Source: a virus
Taxonomy: Duplodnaviria; Caudoviricetes
Virus record (IMG/VR): IMGVR_UViG_3300019360_000003
Coordinates: 1 to 63,934 of that record
Reading direction: 5' to 3' (one strand)
DNA: 63,934 nucleotides
Every line of letters begins with the position of its first letter. The stretch's first letter is position 1. A program made the translations under genes and the position numbers. The notes under the pieces were generated by a model. That model was not told the DNA's origin, did not search any database, and saw nothing but the letters and a program-made list of their open reading frames with translations. Positions 47,051 through 56,285 of this stretch are shown in pieces.

Positions 47051-49666
47051 ATGAAGAGAGCGTTTTTCGCCATCACTGTCGCGATCTTGCTGGCCTCCGC
47101 CGCCCTCGCGCAGCTCCCGGTCTGCAACGTCGCGGCGCAGATCTATGACGTCAACGGGCAGCCGCGGGCGAACTTCCGCATTACAGTAGTCAGGATCATC
47201 AAGAACGGCCAGCTCCTGAGCCGGACGCCGATCACGTACACGACCAACGCGTCGGGCCAGGTTACGATCTCGCTGCCGCAGACCTCGACAGCGTACATTT
47301 ATTGCAACGCCTATGCGCTCGACGCTAACGGAACCGCCGGCGTTCCGCTCTCGATCCCGGCGCAGTCGTCGGCTCAGCTCGAAGCGCTCGCGAACCTGGC
47401 GACAGTGCTCACGACACTCGGCGACACGCTCTACAGCGGCATGAATGGCGTTCCCACGCGGCTCGCCGGCAACACGACCACGACGCCAAACTTCCTCGGA
47501 CAGACGGGGACGGGGAGCGCGTCGGCCGCGCCGGCCTGGTGGTCGCTTGTGGCCGGCGCGAACGTCGGCCTCTCCTACAACATAGTCAATAAGACGGTGA
47601 CGATCAGTTCGACGGGAGGAGGGGGCGGCGGGGGATCACTCACTACCCGCGAGGTGGACGGCTCGCCCTCGATCACGACGACGACGCTGGAGTTCAACCA
47701 GGCGAACGGCCTGATGCTGACGGATCAGGGCGGGGGCGTGGCGCGGCTCGGACTTTCCGGCGTGCCGTATTCGGCGCTGAGCTTGACGAGTGCGATCCTC
47801 GGAGGCGACCTGGCGAACGACGCCGTCACCTTCGCCAAAATACAGAACCTCACGACCGACCGCCTGATCGGCCGCGACACGGCGAGCAGTGGAGATCCGG
47901 AGGAGATCGCGCTCGCGGGCTCGCTGGTCTTCACGGGCTCTCAGTCGATTCAATTGAGTGGCGATAGCGCTAGTCCTGGCAATAGCAAGTATTACGGGAC
48001 GAATGGGAGCGGGACCAAGGGCTTCTATGATTTGCCGACCGGCGGCTCGCCGCATAATTTGCTGAGCGGGACCCATTCCGACACGACAACGGGATCGGTC
48101 GCGCGCGGCGATCTGATTACGGGTCAGGGCGGGTCGGCCACATGGCAGAGGCTGGCGATCGGCGCGGCGAATCGCGCGCTGATCAGCGACGGGACGGATG
48201 CGGCCTGGAGCACGGTCACCAATGCGGCGCTCGCGAATTCCTCGCTGACCATCACCGCCGGCGCAGGCCTTATCAATGGCGGCTCCGTCGCGCTGGGCGG
48301 CTCGACGACGCTCGACATCGGCGCGGGGACGGGGATCCTGGCGAACGCGAACGATGTGGCCGTAGATCAGAGCTTCGCGCCGACCTGGACAGGCGTGCAT
48401 GCGTATAACCCGGGCACGACGCCGGCGAACGCTATTGTGCTGGACATCGCCGCGATCGGATCGGCGGGTACGCGTGATTCGCATAATCTGCTCTGGCGCG
48501 GACGGAGTGATGACGGGTCGGCGCACGCGGTTGAGTGGCGGGCGTTCGCGGATATGACATCAAACGCTGGGGCCTCGACTTTCACGGTTCAGAGCAAAGT
48601 AGACGCCGCTTCATTCGCAAATCGGCTCACCATCAGCGACGCCGGCGCGGTCGTGGCGACTTCATTCAGTGGCGATGGGAGCGCTCTTACGGCGCTCAAC
48701 GCGTCGAATTTGAGTTCGGGCACGGTTTCTAACTCACTGCTCGACAGCGATCTCGCAGCGCTCGGCAACAACTCGACCAATGGTATTTGGGCGAGAACCG
48801 GTAGTGGCACGGGCAGCGCGCGAACGATCACGGCCGGAAGCTCGTCAATTACAGTCACGAACGGCGATGGAGTATCTGGCAATCCAACGATTGACGCGGT
48901 GCAGAACATCCAGACCACCGCGACACCGCAGTTTGCTCGCCTGGGCCTGAACGGCGCGGCAGGCAGTGTCACTTCGCTCAAGATTACCGGGCCGACCATC
49001 AACACCGATGCGGATGCGACGATCGCCGTGATGGATTCAAGTTGGAGTCTTACGAAAAACGATTCCAACACGAGGCAGTTCTATGGGTGGAAATTCAAGC
49101 CAACCCTCAACACTGGCGTCTCGAATGCCAATACGACGGTCAACCTCTTGGACGTTGATACGACGAACACGGCGGTCACGGGCGTCACTACCAACCTCTT
49201 GAAGCTCTCCTATGGTGGCACGCAAGCGCTTGTAGTCACGTCAGCGGGCAACACGACGGTTGCGGGCACGTTCACCGCGACCGGCGCGCAGACGCTGACG
49301 GGCAACACGACGCATAGCGGGAATGTGACCTTTAACAAGGCCACTTATTCGACCGCGGTCGGCCTGACGGATGCCTCGACCATCGCCACGGATGCAAGCC
49401 TGGGCAATCGATACCGAGTTACATTGGCCGGCAATCGCACCCTCGGCAATCCGAGCAATCCGACAGACGGCCAGCAAATTGTCTGGGAGATTGTTCAGGA
49501 TGGGACGGGGAGTCGGACGATTTCGCTTGATACGAAATTCGCCCTGGGCACGGATATTACAGCGGTCACCTTGTCTACAACAGCGAACAAGCGAGACTTC
49601 CTGACCGCAATCTACAACTCGACCGCCGACAAGTGGTTCGTGGTCGGCTTTATCAAGGGGTATTAA
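47051..49666 (+). CDS. Tail-fibre-like protein with a signal peptide
   Basis: MKRAFFAITVAILLASAALA|Q; ANDAVTFAKIQ, SKYYGTN..G.KG; C-terminal VTLAGNRTL.NP.N..DGQ...QDGTGSR domain. Confidence 0.75.
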   Translation: MKRAFFAITVAILLASAALAQLPVCNVAAQIYDVNGQPRANFRITVVRIIKNGQLLSRTPITYTTNASGQVTISLPQTSTAYIYCNAYALDANGTAGVPLSIPAQSSAQLEALANLATVLTTLGDTLYSGMNGVPTRLAGNTTTTPNFLGQTGTGSASAAPAWWSLVAGANVGLSYNIVNKTVTISSTGGGGGGGSLTTREVDGSPSITTTTLEFNQANGLMLTDQGGGVARLGLSGVPYSALSLTSAILGGDLANDAVTFAKIQNLTTDRLIGRDTASSGDPEEIALAGSLVFTGSQSIQLSGDSASPGNSKYYGTNGSGTKGFYDLPTGGSPHNLLSGTHSDTTTGSVARGDLITGQGGSATWQRLAIGAANRALISDGTDAAWSTVTNAALANSSLTITAGAGLINGGSVALGGSTTLDIGAGTGILANANDVAVDQSFAPTWTGVHAYNPGTTPANAIVLDIAAIGSAGTRDSHNLLWRGRSDDGSAHAVEWRAFADMTSNAGASTFTVQSKVDAASFANRLTISDAGAVVATSFSGDGSALTALNASNLSSGTVSNSLLDSDLAALGNNSTNGIWARTGSGTGSARTITAGSSSITVTNGDGVSGNPTIDAVQNIQTTATPQFARLGLNGAAGSVTSLKITGPTINTDADATIAVMDSSWSLTKNDSNTRQFYGWKFKPTLNTGVSNANTTVNLLDVDTTNTAVTGVTTNLLKLSYGGTQALVVTSAGNTTVAGTFTATGAQTLTGNTTHSGNVTFNKATYSTAVGLTDASTIATDASLGNRYRVTLAGNRTLGNPSNPTDGQQIVWEIVQDGTGSRTISLDTKFALGTDITAVTLSTTANKRDFLTAIYNSTADKWFVVGFIKGY

Positions 49667-49669
49667 GGG

Positions 49670-50167
49670 ATGCCATCGAAACAATACTTCGCGCCTGAAA
49701 CCGGGCGCACGTTTAATAACGCAGGCGATACCACCTTCACGCCGAAAAATATCGCTGATGGCGCTGGCCGGATCAGCGCGCAGTGGGATCGAGGCTCAGG
49801 CTCAAAGCCTGGTCTCTATCGCTGGTACGCTAAAACCAAAGCTGCTGCGGCGCTCACCGCTGGCAGGCAGCTCGAAATCTACCTCGCGCAGAGTTACGGG
49901 TCCGCGTCGGGGGAGGTGACTGGTAACCAGGGCACGACTGACGCCGCGTTTTCGAGCGCGGATAAGCGCAGGAATTTGGGCGCGCCGATTGGCGTAGTGA
50001 ATGCGGATTCAACGAGCAACGGCGAAATCCAGGTCGCGACTGGCGTCTGTTTTATTTATTCGCGGTACGTGTCGGTCGTCTGGTGGAACGCCTTCGGCCA
50101 ATCGCTGACCAATACCGACGCGGATCATAATTTCATCCTTGAGGCGATTCCGCCGGAGCAGCAATGA
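49670..50167 (+). CDS. Beta-rich virion-associated protein (putative)
   Basis: End of the tail module; no signal peptide. Confidence 0.6.
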   Translation: MPSKQYFAPETGRTFNNAGDTTFTPKNIADGAGRISAQWDRGSGSKPGLYRWYAKTKAAAALTAGRQLEIYLAQSYGSASGEVTGNQGTTDAAFSSADKRRNLGAPIGVVNADSTSNGEIQVATGVCFIYSRYVSVVWWNAFGQSLTNTDADHNFILEAIPPEQQ

Positions 50168-50985
50168 GCTTTCACGACCGACAAATCATCAGGCCGGTAT
50201 GGCCATTCGCGCTGAACCACCTATCACCGCAGGCGCAGGGGTTGGTGGCGTGGTGGCCGATGGCTTTGCCGGGCGGGAACACGCTGTTCGATCTCAGTGG
50301 ACGCGGATTTAACGGAGCGCTGGTAAACGGGCCAACTTGGGGAGCGGATGCTGATGGGAATTCAGTGTTGCGGTTTGACGGATCGGATGACTATGTTTCT
50401 TGTGGGCAGGTAAGCATCACCGGGCATATCACGTTGTCCGTATGGGTCAGCTTGGACGCTCTGACCTTTCACCGTCCCTTTATCGCCAAGCGCGATGACT
50501 CCTTGTCAAATAAGGTCAATTACGCATTCGACAAGGATAACAACAACGGCGAAATCCGGTTTTACTGGCATGATGGTAGCCAGTATATAGTTTATGTCTC
50601 CACAAATGCAGCACTTGCAATAAATCGGTGGTACCACATTGTGGCCACCTATGAGACAGGCGTCACACCCAACTTGTATCTGAATGGGGTTGCGCTGAAC
50701 CGCACGGTGCAATTAGGTACAGGGCTACCCGCATTGGTTGCTAACGCGGCAGATACTCGGCTGGGCAGTTTTGTGGGTGCCAGCGGGGACGATCAGGCGC
50801 TTAGCGGGTTCATGCGCGACGTGCGCATCTACAACCGCGCGCTGTCCGATGCTGAGGTGTACGCCCTTTTCGACCCCACCACGCGCTATGACTTGTATTG
50901 GGAGCTTGGGCGGCGAGTGACGTTTCTACCTATGGCGGGTGACCCGCGTAAAGGCGATTTCTTCAGTCCGATGACGGGATTTTGA
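50164..50985 (+). CDS. LamG/concanavalin A-like lectin-domain protein
   Basis: GLVAWWPM, FDGSDDYV, WYHIVATY, LYLNG, DVRIYNRALS. Confidence 0.88.
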   Translation: MSFHDRQIIRPVWPFALNHLSPQAQGLVAWWPMALPGGNTLFDLSGRGFNGALVNGPTWGADADGNSVLRFDGSDDYVSCGQVSITGHITLSVWVSLDALTFHRPFIAKRDDSLSNKVNYAFDKDNNNGEIRFYWHDGSQYIVYVSTNAALAINRWYHIVATYETGVTPNLYLNGVALNRTVQLGTGLPALVANAADTRLGSFVGASGDDQALSGFMRDVRIYNRALSDAEVYALFDPTTRYDLYWELGRRVTFLPMAGDPRKGDFFSPMTGF

Positions 50986-51020
50986 CAAGCGCGAAGACGA
51001 TGGAGAAAAAAGAGGCTGAA

Positions 51021-52049
51021 TCACATTCTGATTCTGAACAGCAGTTTCAGCGACTCTCTTATCGGAAGATAAGCGATTTTGTGGAAAGCGCCTTTCGGCG
51101 CGAACCGAACGACAAGAATACAATACAGCCATTTCAGAGATTCTTTCCAACGCGGGCTTGCGCGAAAGGCGTTTTTCAGAATTTGAACACCAACTTCCAA
51201 ATATCCAGCGTCAATCAATCGCACCGCGCAATGCCCGTCATAACCGTCGAGTGTTTGCTGGATGGCGCGAACAAGCGATTGATCGGAAGCTGATTCGCGC
51301 CATTTGCGCCGCAGTTTCCAAATCTGCGCCTCCATGAGCGGGGAATTCTGGCTCGCGCTTTCAGTGTGCAAACGAATCACGGATAGCGTTCCTTCCATGT
51401 CTAAATACTTAAACTTTGCGCCATGCAAGGCGCAACGGAACCAGTAGTCCCAGTCTTCGACTGGGGAGACAGTCCAATCGAACAGTCCCACCCGATCAAC
51501 CATCCCCCGCCTCAGCAATGGAGCGCTGACTACCATGATATTCGTTTTTACCAGCGCTTCGAGAATGGGCTTCCCCGAGCCTGAGACTTCAAGCATCCAG
51601 GGCGCGTCAGTCTGCGATAATGAGCGCGTTTCAGCGTCTATTACTAAAAATGAATACCTCTGCTCCTCTGGGTACTCTGTTCTGAAATATCGGACGCTCC
51701 CATAAACAATATCCACGTCCGGATGATCGTCCAGATACTGAGCGTGACATAGAAGCTTTCGCGGCTCGATCAGGTCGTCCGCGTCGAGGAACTGGATGTA
51801 TGCGCCCTTGGTCAGCGTTAGCCCCTTGTTTCTGGCCTGCGCAACCCCGCTGTTTGCTTGATAGATATAGAGAATCCTGCCGTCTCTTTTGGAAAAGCTT
51901 GCCACGACCTCCGCCGTGTTATCCGTGGAACCGTCATCAATGACTATGCATTCCCAATCCTGATATTGCTGCTGTAAGATGGATTCTAAGGTCGCGGGAA
52001 GGAACGCGCCATAATTGAATGCGGGAATAATAATACTAACAGCGGCCAT
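51021..52049 (-). CDS. Glycosyltransferase family 2
   Basis: VSIIIPAFN, IDDGSTD, ARNKG, FLDADD, EDWDYW. Confidence 0.93.
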   Translation of the reverse strand: MAAVSIIIPAFNYGAFLPATLESILQQQYQDWECIVIDDGSTDNTAEVVASFSKRDGRILYIYQANSGVAQARNKGLTLTKGAYIQFLDADDLIEPRKLLCHAQYLDDHPDVDIVYGSVRYFRTEYPEEQRYSFLVIDAETRSLSQTDAPWMLEVSGSGKPILEALVKTNIMVVSAPLLRRGMVDRVGLFDWTVSPVEDWDYWFRCALHGAKFKYLDMEGTLSVIRLHTESASQNSPLMEAQIWKLRRKWRESASDQSLVRAIQQTLDGYDGHCAVRLIDAGYLEVGVQILKNAFRASPRWKESLKWLYCILVVRFAPKGAFHKIAYLPIRESLKLLFRIRM

Positions 52050-52058
52050 ATTAGCCCA

Positions 52059-53312
52059 TCACCCAATCGACCATTTGGATCGAACAAGCATCTTCCCTCG
52101 AAGGGGAAGGATTTCTTTCCCATTGTTATAAAAATCGCTGGAGATCACTGTAAAAGAGGTGAAATTGATCAAATCATCCATTTCCCGCGCTCCTCGGTCT
52201 CCAACCGTAATTGTTAAGCAGTATTCTCCGGGCGCTAAGGATAACTCTTCGATCTCGCATAGGATTTTCGTCTCTCTCTCTATAGCGGGCAACGCTGAGG
52301 CCGATAAATAGGTGGCGACAGTGAAGATCCTTGCTCCTAAACTATCGTTGATTCCCACGCCGATCTCAGGCTGATTTAATAGCGCGGCGGGATTGAGAGT
52401 GATTTCAAGGATGATTTTTTCCCCGGATGCAAAGATAGATTTGGGATGACCATCATTCTCGAGTAATCGAACGAAGGTAATTAGATGTGCGCTTCCTGTT
52501 TGGCGAGCTGGATGGGTAGTAACATCTATACTTCCTTCTTGCAACTCGTGATGCCGCATGTTGTAAAGCTTTAACCCGGCCTCCGTGGCTCCATGATATT
52601 CGATTTTACCATTCGCCAGGAGAATAACCGTGTGGCATAGGTACTGTATTGCGGTCAAATTATGGCTAACGAAAAAGATGGTTCTGCCGTGGCTGCCCAC
52701 CTCTCTCATCTTGCCGATACATTTATTCTGGAATTCCGCATCTCCTACCGCTAAAACCTCATCCACCAATAAAATCTCCGGCTCCAGATGCGCGGCCACA
52801 GCGAAAGCCAGACGCATATACATTCCGCTGGAGTAATGTTTGACTGGCGTATCGATGAACTTATCGATCTCGGCAAAGGCGACAATTTCATCAAGCCTGC
52901 GATCAATCTCATTCCGTTTCATCCCCAGGATCGCGCCGTTCAAATAGATGTTCTCGCGCCCCGACAGCTCCACGTGGAATCCCGTGCCGACTTCGAGCAG
53001 GCTGCCGACGCGACCATAGATGTCTACCTGACCGGTGGTCGGATGCGTGATCCGAGACAGGATTTTGAGCAGTGTGGATTTGCCCGCGCCATTGCGTCCA
53101 ATAACGCCCATGATTTCGCCTGGCTTAATTTCGAAACTGACATCTTTCAATGCCCAGATCGTATTGTCCTGGCGATTTCCATTTCGCCGGAGCCAGCCGA
53201 AAGGGAAGCGTAATGTTTCGGCGATTGAATCGCGGAGCGTCGGAAAGGACGCTTGTCGCGCGCCAATGCGGTATTGTTTGCTCAGGTTTTCAACCTTGAT
53301 GATCGGTTTCAT
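52059..53312 (-). CDS. wzt: Polysaccharide ABC transporter ATP-binding subunit with C-terminal Wzt_C domain
   Basis: GRNGAGKST, YSSGM, LVDEVLAVGD, VSH; C-terminal beta domain. Confidence 0.92.
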   Translation of the reverse strand: MKPIIKVENLSKQYRIGARQASFPTLRDSIAETLRFPFGWLRRNGNRQDNTIWALKDVSFEIKPGEIMGVIGRNGAGKSTLLKILSRITHPTTGQVDIYGRVGSLLEVGTGFHVELSGRENIYLNGAILGMKRNEIDRRLDEIVAFAEIDKFIDTPVKHYSSGMYMRLAFAVAAHLEPEILLVDEVLAVGDAEFQNKCIGKMREVGSHGRTIFFVSHNLTAIQYLCHTVILLANGKIEYHGATEAGLKLYNMRHHELQEGSIDVTTHPARQTGSAHLITFVRLLENDGHPKSIFASGEKIILEITLNPAALLNQPEIGVGINDSLGARIFTVATYLSASALPAIERETKILCEIEELSLAPGEYCLTITVGDRGAREMDDLINFTSFTVISSDFYNNGKEILPLRGKMLVRSKWSIG

Positions 53313-53480
53313 AGACAAGCGGTCTGGCGACTCACGATTCCAAATTAATTGGCTGTTGGATGATCTCCAAAATAAATGAGCGCTCCTTTCGGCGCGCTCG
53401 CTTCGGCGGCGTCCTCAGCCATTAGGGTATTTACCGCCGCCAGTTTGCAGAAGAGAGCCGTCCGGCTTTGCGGTTAGGGC

Positions 53481-53768
53481 TTAGGGAGGGGAAGCGCCCC
53501 GTCTCTTGCGGGGCTTCACCCCCATTTCTCTCAGCTTCTCCCTCGCCCCTGCGTCGCCCCGCGCGGCGCGCGCATGCAGCGCGGCCATGCTGGGCGCCTT
53601 CGAGCGCGGGCGACCAACGGGAGCGTCCGCGGCCTCGCGCAGCGGCTCAAGGCCGAAGACCACCCGGAGGAAGTCGCCGGTGTTCGAGAAAGGGGCGTGC
53701 GCGACGAGCCGCTCGGTGATCTCCTCGCCAAGTTTGCGAGCGCGCCGGGCGTCGAGGCTGAGGATCAT
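53481..53768 (-). CDS. Hypothetical basic protein
   Basis: Likely start MILSLD inside the longer ORF. Confidence 0.45.
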   Translation of the reverse strand: MILSLDARRARKLGEEITERLVAHAPFSNTGDFLRVVFGLEPLREAADAPVGRPRSKAPSMAALHARAARGDAGAREKLREMGVKPRKRRGASPP

Positions 53769-53830
53769 GGTCTCGGTCTCGACTTGCTCCTCCTCGGAGA
53801 CGCGACAACGAAGGTATTGGTCTCTGGCCA

Positions 53831-54103
53831 TCACGCGCCTCCGGCGAGCCTGTTGGCGCGGGCGACGGCCTCCACCGCGCGAGCCCGCAACGCCGCGAAC
53901 TCTTCGTCGCTCATGGCGTTGGCCTCGTACTCCAATTCGTCCATGGCCAGATCGAGAAGGCCGGGGTAGGCGCAACATGCCTCCACGCCTTCCGGGTCCT
54001 CCCAGATCGTGATCATGTCAGCTTCGCAGCGGAATTTCTCGGCTAGTTGTTCGGGCGTGAGGCCGAGGGCCTCACGCCGCTCTCTCAATTCTGCTCCAGT
54101 CAT
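53831..54103 (-). CDS. XRE-family HTH protein
   Basis: LRERREALGLT.EQLAEKF......WE. Confidence 0.75.
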   Translation of the reverse strand: MTGAELRERREALGLTPEQLAEKFRCEADMITIWEDPEGVEACCAYPGLLDLAMDELEYEANAMSDEEFAALRARAVEAVARANRLAGGA

Positions 54104-54120
54104 AGCAGTGCGATGATGGT

Positions 54121-54172
54121 ATTATCCATAAACGAGCCACGCTTGTCAATAAGAAAAACGTGGCTCGTTTAT
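54121..54172 (-). promoter_or_regulatory. Promoter with a 14-bp inverted-repeat operator
   Basis: TTGACA-17 bp-GATAAT; ATAAACGAGCCACG...CGTGGCTCGTTTAT at 54128-54172. Confidence 0.7.
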
Positions 54173-54230
54173 TTTTTTTGTGAAAACAAGCCGGTAAGGG
54201 AAGGGAAGTATCAGACAGGCTTATCGCTGA

Positions 54231-54698
54231 TCAAAATTTGGGAATCCTCTGCTCAACCTGGGCGATTCCGATTTTGGTCACAAAGTATCCGACCAGGTGA
54301 ATGGTTGGCGTGACTGTGGGATCGTTTTTAGCCTGAAAGTCATGGGCGATTTTCGCTTGGGATTCGGTCAAGTAATGTCGGAAGTGCACATCTGGTTCGA
54401 TTCTTCTTGGACCAATAATGCGGCGCTTGAGTAACGCGCCTTCGAAGAGCGGCTGGCTAAGCCAGACCTCAATTAGGAGCCGGTCGAGGATGATATTGAA
54501 GTGGCTAAGATTGGTGATCTCGAAATACAATTCAATTCGAGGTGGTTGGCTCTGTAGGTCTATATGAACGTGCTTATTATCCCTTGGCTTGATTTTTATT
54601 TCGCTCGCGAGTTTTGTGATGGAGACAAACTTGGAAAGTATCCAACTTGGAGCCTTGTCTACAGCTTTCCCTAGAATGTAGGCGGCGATTTCGTTCAT
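54231..54698 (-). CDS. AT-rich moron, hypothetical protein
   Basis: Composition differs from neighbours; intact ORF. Confidence 0.65.
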   Translation of the reverse strand: MNEIAAYILGKAVDKAPSWILSKFVSITKLASEIKIKPRDNKHVHIDLQSQPPRIELYFEITNLSHFNIILDRLLIEVWLSQPLFEGALLKRRIIGPRRIEPDVHFRHYLTESQAKIAHDFQAKNDPTVTPTIHLVGYFVTKIGIAQVEQRIPKF

Positions 54699-54761
54699 TG
54701 TGGCGTGGATGGTATCACCATGCCGCGCCTTGGGTAAACGCCAACGCGCGTGGCGTTCGCT

Positions 54762-55628
54762 TCAATCCTCCGATTTTATCAGATAGCTCGCCGTAGACTC
54801 GACCGGATTCACATCCAAGTAAATCTGCGTGGTTGAAAGGCTCTTGTGCCCAAGGTCTCGCTGGATCAGGGGCAGCGGGGCGCTGTTCTTCAATCCCTCC
54901 GTGGCGAAGGAATGCCTGAGCCAGTGCGGAGACGCCGCCCAATTTGCGCCAGATCTTTTCGCCGCGGCTTTCACGATCCGGTAGACCTGCTGGCGCGTCA
55001 TCCCTCCCGCGTCTTTCTGCGAAGTGAAGACGCGGTCCTTGGCTTGGCCGCCGGATTGCCGCCGGTATTCTATCAACTCCTGGTAGAGCTCCGCTGTGAC
55101 GCCCACGGTTCGGTTCTCGCCGCCTTTCCCGAACAGCGCCAACTGGCCGCCGCTATATTCGTTCGACTGAACGTCCTGCCAGCGCAAGCCGGTCAGCTCC
55201 GACACGCGAGCGCCGGAGAAGAAGAGAGTCTTCAGTATTAAGCGGTCACGCTGCGTTTTGGTCGCTGAGATTAGCTTTTCGACCTCGGCGCGGCTGAGCA
55301 CGCGCGCCCCGCGGTCATCCTTGCACTTCGGCAACTGAATTCGCTTGGCCGGGTTCGCGCCGATCAACCCTTCCTCGGCGGCGAAAGAGAAGAGGCTTTT
55401 GACGGCCGTCAGAATTCTTTGCTTCGTTTTCTCAGCGTAAGGCTTTCCATGCTTCGTTTTGATCGAATTCAGCCGCTCCTGGAATTGCTGAAGATCGCGT
55501 AGTTCGATCTCGGGGAGCGATTTCTTCAGATGGTCGCGCAACAGTAGGATGTCGCCGGCGTAGGCCTCCCGCGTCCGCTCGCTACGCTGACTTGAAAGCC
55601 AAAGGTCAATGATTTGATCGTCGTTCAT
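54762..55628 (-). CDS. XerC/D-like tyrosine recombinase (resolvase type)
   Basis: GARVSE, GKG, HWLRH, LGH...TQIY catalytic residues; no arm-binding domain. Confidence 0.92.
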   Translation of the reverse strand: MNDDQIIDLWLSSQRSERTREAYAGDILLLRDHLKKSLPEIELRDLQQFQERLNSIKTKHGKPYAEKTKQRILTAVKSLFSFAAEEGLIGANPAKRIQLPKCKDDRGARVLSRAEVEKLISATKTQRDRLILKTLFFSGARVSELTGLRWQDVQSNEYSGGQLALFGKGGENRTVGVTAELYQELIEYRRQSGGQAKDRVFTSQKDAGGMTRQQVYRIVKAAAKRSGANWAASPHWLRHSFATEGLKNSAPLPLIQRDLGHKSLSTTQIYLDVNPVESTASYLIKSED

Positions 55629-55640
55629 GGGTGAATCCCC

Positions 55641-55668
55641 TGCGTACAAAAGTGTAGCTATGTAACAT
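55641..55668. other. dif-like 28-bp recombination site
   Basis: TGCGTACAAAA-GTGTAG-CTATGTAACAT (11-6-11) next to the recombinase start. Confidence 0.45.
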
Positions 55669-55722
55669 TCTGGGTTTCTCGCGTATTCGCGGCGACTGCG
55701 TCTCGCACTTCAGGCCGTTACG

Positions 55723-56016
55723 TTAAACGGCGCCCTCCGCGTTGAGAGCGGCGATCCTCGCCGGCGTCATCGCGCACGTCTCGCACACCAGCAGTTCGAC
55801 CGCCTCCCCGATCGGCGTCGCCATGTCCTCGTCCGGCCCCATCACGTTTGCGAGCTGCGCATTCCCGCCCAGCATTATCTCCAGCCCGGCCTGCCGGCGA
55901 ACGGCGTCGAGCTGAACGCCGAAGCGCTGGATAGAGACTCGATAGAAGAGCGGGATCCCGGTATGCATTACACCCTGAGCGCAGAGGGCGCAGGGTTTAA
56001 AGTCGGTCTGTTTCAC
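55723..56016 (-). CDS. Zn-binding hypothetical protein
   Basis: CxxC...CxxC; AGGAG RBS. Confidence 0.7.
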   Translation of the reverse strand: MKQTDFKPCALCAQGVMHTGIPLFYRVSIQRFGVQLDAVRRQAGLEIMLGGNAQLANVMGPDEDMATPIGEAVELLVCETCAMTPARIAALNAEGAV

Positions 56017-56285
56017 GCGCCTGACTCCTCCTTGGGCTCATGTAGGATGCGCTCAGCCTCCTCTCGCCACCCTGCGCCATGCTCGACGTAGAGACTAAGC
56101 ATCCAAAATAGAGAGTAGGCTTGCTCCTCCTCGGCCTTGAACGGTATCTCGTGGCCGAGGGCGCGCAAACGCCTGAAGATCGCCGCGCAGGCGAAATTCG
56201 GCTGGCCCAAAATCCATCGCACTTCATCATCGAAGCTGATCGTGATGGGCGCTGTGGTTTTATCGAAAACTATTGAATCGCTCAT
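56013..56285 (-). CDS. Phage hypothetical protein
   Basis: ILGQPNFACA...G.EI..KAE.EQA motif; ATGA coupling. Confidence 0.7.
   Translation of the reverse strand: MSDSIVFDKTTAPITISFDDEVRWILGQPNFACAAIFRRLRALGHEIPFKAEEEQAYSLFWMLSLYVEHGAGWREEAERILHEPKEESGA

Noticed and set aside
41321-50985. Diversity-generating retroelement or invertible fibre cassette
   Set aside because: No reverse transcriptase, no template/variable repeat pair and no inverted fibre fragments were seen.
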